Virus record (IMG/VR): IMGVR_UViG_3300010398_000045
Location: 1-25,131 of that record
Reading direction: 5' to 3' (one strand)
DNA from: a virus
Taxonomy: Duplodnaviria; Caudoviricetes
Length of the DNA stretch: 25,131 bases
Each line of letters starts with the position of its first letter. Positions within the stretch are counted from its first letter, which is position 1. Below are positions 1 through 8,741 of this stretch, one piece after another. The notes beneath the pieces are model-generated. The model did no database searches. It worked only from the letters and a program-made list of their open reading frames with translations, and was not told where the DNA came from. A program made the translations under genes and the position numbers.

Positions 1-2
1 AT

Positions 3-155
3 CTCATGACATGCATGTGGTGCCTATCGTTTTGGTTCGCATGTATGGCCGTTGTCCTGATGCTGTTTGAGAGTACCAGGCCAATTTGGCTATTGACCGC
101 AATTATGTTGTCGCTGAGTGCCGTCGCTGGCATGCTGAGTGAGAGGTTCACGTAA
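3..155 (+). CDS. 3' end of a small membrane protein (DUF1360-like), truncated by the window edge
   Basis: Manual translation LMTCMWCLSFWFACMAVVLMLFESTRPIWLLTAIMLSLSAVAGMLSERFT*. It has a CxWCxSxW motif and two hydrophobic stretches. The TAA at 153-155 directly abuts the portal ATG at 156. Confidence 0.7.
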   Translation, partial: LMTCMWCLSFWFACMAVVLMLFESTRPIWLLTAIMLSLSAVAGMLSERFT

Positions 156-3100
156 ATGGCTCTGCTCAGACGCAAAGTTGAACTTGAAGAAGAGTTCAGT
201 AATGGTCGCCATGCAAGACGTACAGGCGGACCATGGGGAACAGCACATGACGGTAAACGACAGCAACGCGCATTGTTGGCAAGTGCGACAAATATTCTCA
301 ACGCAGGCATGGTCAACAATGTAGAAGCCAAACGACTGCCGAAACTGCGTCAAGCATGGCAAACAGATGCCTGGGCTTATCGTGATTCAATCGGTGAATT
401 GCGTTATGCCACGACATATCTTGGGAATGCGGCGCGGCGCATCAAGTTCTATCCAGCAGCATATGTACCTGATGAACTTGATCCATTGCCATTGTCTGAG
501 ATTCCAGATTGTCCACCAGAAGTCATTGCGGCCGCTGAAGATGCAATGTTGCGATTGGCTGTCAATCCATTGGCGATGGGCGGCATTGCTCGCGACGTGG
601 CTGAGAATTTTGAAGTCGCAGGCGAGTGCTGGTTGATTGGCTGGCCGCCTGGCAAGGCACCATCTGGCGACAATGACGATGAGCTCTGGGAGATCAGAAG
701 CATCAATGAAGTCAAGGGCGACAATGAGGGTCGTCTGATGCTCAAAGAAGCAGGGATGCAAGGGCAAGGTGAGCCGATCCCAGAGCAAGCATTCGCAAGT
801 AGGCTTTGGTATCCGCATCCAGGCAGCAAGGCACTAGCAGATTCACCGTTTGCCGCCATACTTGATCTTTGTGAGGAATTGCTGATCCTCTCGCGCGATA
901 TTAGAGCAGCTGGACGCAGCCGCTTGGCGAACAACGGCTTGCTACTCTTGCCTGATTCACTCACTGTCGTCAAGGCAAATGTTGCTGAAGACGCACAGGA
1001 CAGCAATCAAGATGAATTCTTGCAGGAATTGGTTGCTGCTGGGCAAACAGCAATACAAGATGAGGGTAGCGCCTCAGCAATCTTCCCAATTCTGGTTCGC
1101 GGACCAAAAGACGATCTTGCCGCTGCCAGACAACTAAGGCTTGAACGTCCTGAAGGCCAGAGATCACAAGATAGAACTGAACTCATAGGTCGCATGGCGA
1201 CTACACTTGACCTACCCGCAGAAGTTTTGACAGGCAAAGCTGATCTGAATCACTGGACGGCATGGTCTGTTAGTGATGACACATTTACAGACCACATTGA
1301 GCCGTTGGTCATGGTGCTCGATGATGCGTTTGTAGCTGGATATCTGCGGCTCATGCTGAAAGCGACTGCTGGTGTCCCAGTTGAATGGGTCAATCGTGTT
1401 ATCATCTGGCATGATGCTACACGATTGGTACGGCATCCAGATAGGAGCCAAGATGCACTACAAGCATATGACCGATTTGCGCTTTCCCAAGCGGCGCTCC
1501 GTGACACGATGGGATTTAGCGACAGCGATGCTCCGCCTGAGACCGAAATTCTTGAGAGATTGGTTGTACGTCAAACTAGGCTTGATCCAACCATTGCGGC
1601 CCAAATCATCAAACGCATGGATAGTAGCCTTGACGTCTCTGCGGTTCAGTCGCCAGGAGCGGGCTCCGCCCAGCAAGGACAGGGAACTAGTCCCCCATCC
1701 GCAAAAACTGGCCCACAGGATGGTCTGCCCTCTCCATCCCCCGCTGGAGAGCCACCAGGTGGATCATCCGGTGGGCCACCTCAAGGTGGACAACCACAAC
1801 AGGCAGCGCCTGCGAATACACCAACTGCGAGCGTGCTCCCAAAAGCACTAACGGCCGCCAGTCATATCGACCAAGGCAGCCGCAAACTCGGGCGCATTGA
1901 AAATGATCTGATGTCAAAGGTTCTCACAGCTGCGAATGGCGCTATGGCAAGAGCGCTGGAAAAAGCAGGTGCGAGAATCAGAACGCAAGTGAGTAAGACG
2001 GCATCAGGTCGCGCTTGGTGTAGTACACACAAAAACATTGAATTGCCATTCATCATCAGCAATTCCATGATGGCCGCTGCTGGACTTGATGAGCAGCACT
2101 TACTCAACGGCGCATGGGCGCAGCTAAGAACTGAATGGGAAACATATATGGAGGATGCTGATAGCGACACATTGAATACGCTTGCCAAAATGCTCAAGGT
2201 GAGCCCTGATGCTTTGGCTGATAAAGCAGATGTTCTTTCAGAATATGCAGATTCTGGTTGGACTTGGCTTGAACAACGACTGAACAGAATTGGTCACAAT
2301 TTCCTCAGTGACGCTCAATCACTAGCCGGTAAGGATGAGGAAATCACAACAACTGATTTGGTTGACTGGGGGACAATCAAAGAGGCAATCAGTCGTGCGG
2401 GTGGTCAGCCATCGGATACAAGCGCAGGCTTGACGATTGGCGAAGATCCAACGACACCGCCTGACGCCATGACTGGATTGACGAATGGCCCTGTAGTCAC
2501 AGACACCCTCTCAGAGGGTGGTTTGGAGATTGCCAGTTACACCTGGATTCACGGTACAACGCCGACTCCATTCCCGCCACATGAGGCGCTTGATGGAACT
2601 GAATTCGGTGACTGGACTGACGATGTCCTGACCAATGACGGTGACTTTCCTGATCGTGATTATTATATGCCTGGCGATCATGATGGTTGTACCTGTGATT
2701 TCCAGATCAATTGGTCTGGTCAAGAAGCAGAGACAGAAGCAGAAATTGCGGCATCTGGTCAATTCTATGAAGGTCAGCCTCGTGCTGAAGGTGGCAAATT
2801 TGGTGAAGGCAAAGAGGCTGGCGATGAAAGGTCAAAAGCAGATCAAGTAGCTGAAGCCAAAGAATATGGCATGCATCCTGCCACAGCTAATCGTCTGTAC
2901 AATGAAGGCACACTTGAGGATGCAATAGCGACAAGCCAAACACTTGCGCCGCAGGAGCAAATTGATCAGGCACGCAATGATGCTACTGCCAAATATGAGG
3001 CAGCTCAAGCGCAAATAACACCAGAAGACAAAGCAGCTGCTGAGGAACGCCATGCGGCATCGAATAGGGCGGGTGGGGATGACCGGCCAGATTACCAGAC

Positions 3101-3617
3101 GCGGCGTGGCTACTGTGACAAATTGGTTAGTGAATTTGGTGACGGCAATACTGCTCCTTGTACATGGTGTGGTCGGACATTGGTGGCTGATACAGTCAGT
3201 CTTGATCGTCTTGTGCCAGGTAGTGAGGGTGGGCCGTACAAAATGTTCAACCTCATCCCAACATGCTACGACTGCAACAACTGGCGAAGTGATACAGACT
3301 TCAATACAACAATGAAGAATGCTCTTGCTGCTGGAGAATCAATGGCTGCTGCTGGAATATCTCCACCAGGCAAGGAACCAGTTGTACCATTGGGTACATG
3401 GGTAACTGCCAAGTGTATTGGCTTTGGCGGTGACTCAGATCATGCAAGTCCAGATGAGCCGACGGGCATTCCACTTGAGCAAGTTAGTGGACAACTTGAT
3501 GGTTACTATGTCGGCACGTTTGACTATTTCAAGCACATCGTAGCTGGATATGATGTTGATCCTGCTACAATTCAAACGATTGAGGCGCCGGATGCCGTGG
3601 CACAAAGTACTGAATAG
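156..3617 (+). CDS. Portal protein fused to a MuF-like head morphogenesis domain and an HNH-like domain (1153 aa)
   Basis: The N-terminal ~490 aa carry actinophage portal-like motifs (WQTDAWAYRDSIGELRY, RLWYPHP..ADSP, RSRLANNGLLLLP, NHWTAW). These are followed by a Pro/Gly/Gln linker, a YTWIHG..HEALDG..PGDHDGCTC MuF-like motif, and CTWC..DRLVP..GG..N..CYDCN. It is the first gene of the head module. Confidence 0.85.
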   Translation: MALLRRKVELEEEFSNGRHARRTGGPWGTAHDGKRQQRALLASATNILNAGMVNNVEAKRLPKLRQAWQTDAWAYRDSIGELRYATTYLGNAARRIKFYPAAYVPDELDPLPLSEIPDCPPEVIAAAEDAMLRLAVNPLAMGGIARDVAENFEVAGECWLIGWPPGKAPSGDNDDELWEIRSINEVKGDNEGRLMLKEAGMQGQGEPIPEQAFASRLWYPHPGSKALADSPFAAILDLCEELLILSRDIRAAGRSRLANNGLLLLPDSLTVVKANVAEDAQDSNQDEFLQELVAAGQTAIQDEGSASAIFPILVRGPKDDLAAARQLRLERPEGQRSQDRTELIGRMATTLDLPAEVLTGKADLNHWTAWSVSDDTFTDHIEPLVMVLDDAFVAGYLRLMLKATAGVPVEWVNRVIIWHDATRLVRHPDRSQDALQAYDRFALSQAALRDTMGFSDSDAPPETEILERLVVRQTRLDPTIAAQIIKRMDSSLDVSAVQSPGAGSAQQGQGTSPPSAKTGPQDGLPSPSPAGEPPGGSSGGPPQGGQPQQAAPANTPTASVLPKALTAASHIDQGSRKLGRIENDLMSKVLTAANGAMARALEKAGARIRTQVSKTASGRAWCSTHKNIELPFIISNSMMAAAGLDEQHLLNGAWAQLRTEWETYMEDADSDTLNTLAKMLKVSPDALADKADVLSEYADSGWTWLEQRLNRIGHNFLSDAQSLAGKDEEITTTDLVDWGTIKEAISRAGGQPSDTSAGLTIGEDPTTPPDAMTGLTNGPVVTDTLSEGGLEIASYTWIHGTTPTPFPPHEALDGTEFGDWTDDVLTNDGDFPDRDYYMPGDHDGCTCDFQINWSGQEAETEAEIAASGQFYEGQPRAEGGKFGEGKEAGDERSKADQVAEAKEYGMHPATANRLYNEGTLEDAIATSQTLAPQEQIDQARNDATAKYEAAQAQITPEDKAAAEERHAASNRAGGDDRPDYQTRRGYCDKLVSEFGDGNTAPCTWCGRTLVADTVSLDRLVPGSEGGPYKMFNLIPTCYDCNNWRSDTDFNTTMKNALAAGESMAAAGISPPGKEPVVPLGTWVTAKCIGFGGDSDHASPDEPTGIPLEQVSGQLDGYYVGTFDYFKHIVAGYDVDPATIQTIEAPDAVAQSTE

Positions 3618-5847
3618 CAGTCAGTGTTCTTCAGATCAGCCATGGGCGGTCGTGAAGGATAGTGACGGCAGTTTGGCTGGATGCCATGCAAGTGAAGCTG
3701 ACGCAGACAAGCAATTGGCTGCTCTGTACGCGAATGAGGCGAACATGACAAACTTGGTCGAGCAATTCCAGCAGGGCAATCCACAAGCGCTGATTGACTG
3801 GTACAATGAAGGCGCTGATGGCCAAATTGACTGGGGAAGCGATGGTGATTTTGAGCAATGTGTCGCCATAGCTTCAGATCATGGACTTGAGAGTCCTGAG
3901 GGATTCTGTCAAGAGCGACACATGGACGCAACTGGTGAAGCGGCAGGCAAAGGAGCGCATGGAGGTGCGAGCGTGACTGTCAAACAATTCGGCGCACATG
4001 CAGCGCATACAACAGCAACTGATGATGAATCAGACTGGGATGCCGCCGCTGCTCTGAGCAATGTCAATGCGACGCCAGAGAATCTCAAGGCGATGCATGC
4101 GTATTCGGACCCAGAGGGCGATCCTGAGGCAAAAGGCACATACAGTTTCCCTCATCACAACGTGAATGCCGACGGTTCTGTGGGCGCGGCCAATACCTCT
4201 GCGGCATCGGCTGGGATTGCGGCGCTGAATGGTGGTCGGAGTGGCCATTCATTAAGCACAGATGACAAGGTCGGTGTTCACAACCACTTGGCCAAGCATC
4301 TTGAGGACGCCGGCAAAGAAGCACCGCCACTCAAGGGTGCGGGTGCCAGCGAGCAGCGCTCCAGCACCAATCCGGCCAATCAGACATCAGCAATCACGGC
4401 TGATGTTATCGTCGATGATGTAGCGCCTCCCATTGAGGTTGCTGAGGATTCGTCGTTTGAAATGCCGATCATGGCCATTGAGGGTGCATGGACAGGTGAC
4501 TGGCGATACATCGAGCCAGGTGCATTGTCGTGGCGTGGACTGCCAATTCCTGCCATGGCATTGACCAAGACGACATTCGACCACAATGATGCCGAATTGG
4601 TCGGCAGGATTGATGCCATTGACCGTGGACAATTCGGTGAAGAAGATCTTGATGTCCGTACTGGTCAGCCCTATGCGGATGGCGCCGGATTCATCAAGGG
4701 CAATGGCAAGTTCACAACAATGGAGGATGGCAAGCACATTCAGTCATTGGTTAAGGATAAGTTCTTGCGTGGCGTGAGTATTGACCTGGGTGACACTGTC
4801 AGTGACTATGTCTGGGTCTATGCTGACGGCACAGAGGTCCCAGAAGATGAAATGGATACATGGGACCTATTTGACTTGCTGTTTGGCTTCACTGCTGACG
4901 GTGAGGAAGCAAAAGACCAAGAGATGTTCCTGGCTGAGAAGATTCGCTCTGGGCGTGTAATGGGCGCGACGATTTGCCCGTTCCCCGCATTTGAGGGCGC
5001 ATATGTAACTGTCGGAGATGTCGCAATGGCGGCAAGTGCAGCGATGGATGGTGAGAGGATGCCAAGCGTGAATGTCGTGCGCGTGGTGAGCAATCGTCAG
5101 GCTCATGGCTTGACTGCCGCTGCGCCAATCAAGCCGCCAGCGCCGTGGTTCAAAGACCCTGAGTTCGATGGGCCAACGGCGATCACCATTGAGGACACTG
5201 GCCAGTTTTATGGTCACCTCGCTATCTGGGGCCAGCAACATATGGGCTACCAGGGCAGGCGCGTGATACCGCCACGTAGCAGAACTGACTACGCATACTT
5301 CCACACCAAGAGCGTCATGTGTGATGATGGCCAGCTCATTCCGACTGGTCTGGTCACCATGAACACCGGCCATGCTGAGCTCTGGCAGGAAATGGATGAA
5401 GCCAAGGCGCACTACGACAATACAGGCTATGCGTGTGTTGACGTTTGTGCTGGTGAGGACGCATACGGCATCTGGCTTGCCGGCGCTTTGCGCCCAGACG
5501 TTGACGAATTGAGCATTCGTCGTCTGCGTGGCGCAACGCTGTCTGGTGACTGGCGTGAATACGGCGCTGGTTCAGAATTGATTGCGGCACTCGCAGTCAA
5601 TGTGCCTGGCTTCCCAATTGTCAGGCCAAAGGTACGTGTGGCTTCTGGCCGTGTGTATTCAATGGTCGCTGCCGGTAGAATCACTGCAGTTGATGCGGAG
5701 CGTCTGCGCGCGCGTGGACATCGCAGTGAAATGGCAGCAAAGGGCGTTCTCATGGAGGTCAAGCCTGATCCAACGCTGGTCGCGGCAACGCAAATTCTTG
5801 ATCGTCAAGCGCGGCGTGCGCTGCGTGAGGAAGTACATCCAAAGTAG
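3592..5847 (+). CDS. Capsid maturation protease with several N-terminal accessory domains
   Basis: Lies between portal and capsid. Motifs EGAWTGDWR, H..AELVGRID, RGVSIDL, GATICPFPAF, YGHLAIW..PPRS..DYAYFH and LSGDWR..LAVNVPGFP match the cluster-B-like protease as recalled. Start moved from 3550 to ATG 3592, which follows GAGG at 3582-3585. Confidence 0.8.
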   Translation: MPWHKVLNSSQCSSDQPWAVVKDSDGSLAGCHASEADADKQLAALYANEANMTNLVEQFQQGNPQALIDWYNEGADGQIDWGSDGDFEQCVAIASDHGLESPEGFCQERHMDATGEAAGKGAHGGASVTVKQFGAHAAHTTATDDESDWDAAAALSNVNATPENLKAMHAYSDPEGDPEAKGTYSFPHHNVNADGSVGAANTSAASAGIAALNGGRSGHSLSTDDKVGVHNHLAKHLEDAGKEAPPLKGAGASEQRSSTNPANQTSAITADVIVDDVAPPIEVAEDSSFEMPIMAIEGAWTGDWRYIEPGALSWRGLPIPAMALTKTTFDHNDAELVGRIDAIDRGQFGEEDLDVRTGQPYADGAGFIKGNGKFTTMEDGKHIQSLVKDKFLRGVSIDLGDTVSDYVWVYADGTEVPEDEMDTWDLFDLLFGFTADGEEAKDQEMFLAEKIRSGRVMGATICPFPAFEGAYVTVGDVAMAASAAMDGERMPSVNVVRVVSNRQAHGLTAAAPIKPPAPWFKDPEFDGPTAITIEDTGQFYGHLAIWGQQHMGYQGRRVIPPRSRTDYAYFHTKSVMCDDGQLIPTGLVTMNTGHAELWQEMDEAKAHYDNTGYACVDVCAGEDAYGIWLAGALRPDVDELSIRRLRGATLSGDWREYGAGSELIAALAVNVPGFPIVRPKVRVASGRVYSMVAAGRITAVDAERLRARGHRSEMAAKGVLMEVKPDPTLVAATQILDRQARRALREEVHPK

Positions 5848-5854
5848 GTCACAC

Positions 5855-5885
5855 GATCACGTTCTCCATAGTTTGAACGATGATC
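5855..5885 (+). promoter_or_regulatory. Stem-loop in the protease-capsid intergenic region
   Basis: GATCACGTTC (5855-5864) pairs with GAACG-A-TGATC (5875-5885), with one bulge and a 10-nt loop. Confidence 0.4.
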
Positions 5886-5921
5886 CCACCCAACCCACAA
5901 CCATTGGAAGGTGAGATCAAA

Positions 5922-7565
5922 GTGGGATGGAAGGACGACAACCAGCAGAGGCTTGAGAATCTGGAGACAATGTCGCCAGAAGCTCTGTCCAAGCTGGAAG
6001 ATGAACTTGTCGATGAATTCGACAAGATGGACACTGGTGGCGGGACCAATCTCCAGGACCTTGGTGATTGTGCGAGTGCAATCACCGCCGTGCGTGAGCA
6101 GAAGAGTTCACGTGAGGGTGCCCTGAGCGATCTGCGGTCCCAGGTTCACCCTGAGGGTGAGGGTGAAGATGAATCAGCAGACGAGCCAGAGCCAGAAGAG
6201 GCATCAGCTGAAGAGGATGATGAATCCTCTGACGATGAGCCAGAGCATGTTCTGGAAACTGTCGCTGCGTCAACCAGCAAGGCAGTCGTCATCAATCGGC
6301 CATCGCTCACACAAGTGAGCAAGGCGGCTGGCAAGACGGCTGCGACCAGACGCAATGGCGGTCTGCGAGTCAGTACTCGCATGGTTGCCGCTGGTGATAT
6401 TCCTGGCTTTGGTGTTGGTCAGGAAATCACGTCGTCAGAGCAATTGGCCCAAGCATTCGTTCGCAAGCTTCAGGGCTTGGGTCGCAGTGGTACTCCTGAC
6501 GATGTGCTTGTTGCATCGTTGATCAAGGAATACCCAGAATCACGTCGCCTTGAGCCAGAGAATGCGGCTCACAACGACGCGATCATGACGGCTGCGACAT
6601 TGCCAAAGAACCTGGTCGCATACGGCGGTATCTGTGAGCCTGTGGCTGTCGATTATTCAATCGACATTATCGGTTCAACAGCGCGGCCATTGCGTGACTC
6701 GCTGCCGGCATACGGCGCATCGCGCGGTGGTGTGCGATTCAATCCACCGCCGGCACTGTCCTCGATCACGCCGCCAACGCCATGGACATTGGCCATGGAT
6801 ACTGGCGGCACGGCAACCAAGTCGTGCATGGTCGTCGCGTGCGGCACCCCGCAAGAGGCAACTGTGTACGGCATCCCGGTGTGTGTCAAGGTCGGCAATA
6901 TGATGGGCAAATTCAGCCCTGAAATGATCCAGGCACAGACTGGGCTACTCGATGTCGCTGCTGCACGTACGGCAGAAATCTCGTTGCTCCAGCTGATTGA
7001 TTCTGGATCAATTGCTCTGACGTACACCGGTGGTACGCAGAACCTTGGCGCATCACGCGACATCTTCCTGTGCATCGACCAGATTGTTTCCAGCTACCGA
7101 TACAGGTACAGGCTGGAAACAGAGCAATTGCGCTGCCCGATTCCGGCATGGGTGCGGGATATGATCCGTGCCGATCTGGTAATGGAGATGGCCCATGATA
7201 GCAATGGGCACGATCCTCGCGCAATTGCTGACGCGACAATCGTCAGCTGGTTCAGCGCGCGGAATCTCACGCCTGTGTGGCTGCTTGACACAATCGCTGG
7301 TGTTCCGGCGCAGGCTGCCGGTGCTGTCAACCCATTCAATGCAACATTCGTCATGTACCTCTATGCAGAGGGAACATGGCAATTCCTGGATGGCGGCAGC
7401 ATCGATCTTGGTGTTGTTCGCGACAGCACGTTGAACGCGACCAACGATTACCAGATCTGGCGTGAAGACTTTGAGGGTCTGGCCAAGCGCGGCGTGGAAT
7501 CTCTCAAGGTCACCGTCACGACCAAGGCGATGGGCGGCTCTGTGGGAACCAAGGCTCCGGCCTAA
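5922..7565 (+). CDS. Major capsid (hexamer) protein with an acidic scaffold-like N-terminal region
   Basis: An acidic, helical N-terminus precedes NLVAYGGICEP, LPAYGASRGGVRF, CPIPAWVRDMIRADL and FLDGGSIDLGVVRDSTLNATNDYQIWREDFEG, typical of cluster-B-like major capsids. GTG 5922 is preferred over ATG 5880 because GGAAGGTGA (5906-5914) precedes it. Confidence 0.9.
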   Translation: MGWKDDNQQRLENLETMSPEALSKLEDELVDEFDKMDTGGGTNLQDLGDCASAITAVREQKSSREGALSDLRSQVHPEGEGEDESADEPEPEEASAEEDDESSDDEPEHVLETVAASTSKAVVINRPSLTQVSKAAGKTAATRRNGGLRVSTRMVAAGDIPGFGVGQEITSSEQLAQAFVRKLQGLGRSGTPDDVLVASLIKEYPESRRLEPENAAHNDAIMTAATLPKNLVAYGGICEPVAVDYSIDIIGSTARPLRDSLPAYGASRGGVRFNPPPALSSITPPTPWTLAMDTGGTATKSCMVVACGTPQEATVYGIPVCVKVGNMMGKFSPEMIQAQTGLLDVAAARTAEISLLQLIDSGSIALTYTGGTQNLGASRDIFLCIDQIVSSYRYRYRLETEQLRCPIPAWVRDMIRADLVMEMAHDSNGHDPRAIADATIVSWFSARNLTPVWLLDTIAGVPAQAAGAVNPFNATFVMYLYAEGTWQFLDGGSIDLGVVRDSTLNATNDYQIWREDFEGLAKRGVESLKVTVTTKAMGGSVGTKAPA

Positions 7566-7594
7566 TCTGACCTCCATGGTTTGAGGAGGCCATG

Positions 7595-8731
7595 ATGACG
7601 ATAATGGATGTGGAGTACTCAATCACAGCGGCAGCACCTATGCCGTTGGGTCCAGGCGCATCTGGTTATGGTGCGCCGGTTGAGCCTCCAGCTTTGGTCC
7701 CACCACCGGTCAACTTGGTGCGGTCGTCACGGAATCCAACCGATCCAGCAGAAACTCGATGGACAAATGGCTTCAGATATTTGCCATTGAGTAATGGTGA
7801 ATTGGCCATCTATGACGACTGTGGAATACATCCTGGTGTCAAGGTTCCAGTCAACAAAGACACCGCTGCTCTTCCATGGCAGCCATACGTGCTAAGTGCA
7901 AAATTCACATGCTCAGCAATGGGCTCAGATGTGAATGCGCTCAAGGCACGCGCAGTAGGACTGCTTGAAGCAGCAACGCCAAAGTTGCTTGAATATGAGC
8001 TTTGGCATGGTTCACTTGCACAAACTGCTGGATGGAGCAATCTGTATTTCGAGCAGCCAAGCGGCGTTGATGTCTACACTGCTGCGTCGATCAATGACGC
8101 AATTGGTACGCTTGAGCAATACCTGGCCGAAGTTGCATATGGTGGACGTGGAATGATTCACTGTGCACCATATCTATCGCCATATCTGCAACTTGCTACT
8201 CGCAGAGAAGGCAATCTGCTATTGACGAATCGCGACACGATCGTGGTTCCAGGTAGTGGATATGGCCAGTATCCGGCAGTGATCGTTCCAGCCACAGGTG
8301 CTACTGCGGGCGCGCCTGGCGCGTTCACACCCGCAGGATGCACAATACCGCCAAACTTTGGAGCAATGACAGGCATCGTAGCAAGTCCAGCTACGGCATG
8401 GACCGCTGGCCAATACGTTGTATTGGGCGATGCTAGTCACGCTGCTTGGAATGGTACAGCTTGGGTGGTTGCTGCTGGCATAGGATTGCTTGAGGGGCAG
8501 TCAGAGTCCGTAGTACCATACGCTCCACCGCCAAAGCCGACAGGTCCATACAAATTCTTTGCCACTGGAATCACTGATGTGCGGTTGGGTGATGTCCTAA
8601 CGTGGCCACAGGATTTGAATCAAGCGATCAACCGCAGTACAAACACCGTCGACATTCGTGCGCAAAGATACGCATGTGCGTCATGGGACGGCGTTGCATT
8701 TGCTCGTGTCGATCTGACCTTCACGCCGTGA
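7595..8731 (+). CDS. Second capsid protein (pentamer-type) with an internal ~60-aa insertion
   Basis: Directly follows the major capsid gene. Motifs RWTNG, FTCS, LEYELWHG, AIGTLEQYL, GMIH, VVPGSGY, FATG and NRSTN..RAQRY. SD GAGGAGG at 7583-7589; ATGs at 7592 and 7595. Confidence 0.75.
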   Translation: MTIMDVEYSITAAAPMPLGPGASGYGAPVEPPALVPPPVNLVRSSRNPTDPAETRWTNGFRYLPLSNGELAIYDDCGIHPGVKVPVNKDTAALPWQPYVLSAKFTCSAMGSDVNALKARAVGLLEAATPKLLEYELWHGSLAQTAGWSNLYFEQPSGVDVYTAASINDAIGTLEQYLAEVAYGGRGMIHCAPYLSPYLQLATRREGNLLLTNRDTIVVPGSGYGQYPAVIVPATGATAGAPGAFTPAGCTIPPNFGAMTGIVASPATAWTAGQYVVLGDASHAAWNGTAWVVAAGIGLLEGQSESVVPYAPPPKPTGPYKFFATGITDVRLGDVLTWPQDLNQAINRSTNTVDIRAQRYACASWDGVAFARVDLTFTP

Positions 8732-8741
8732 GGAGGCAAGC

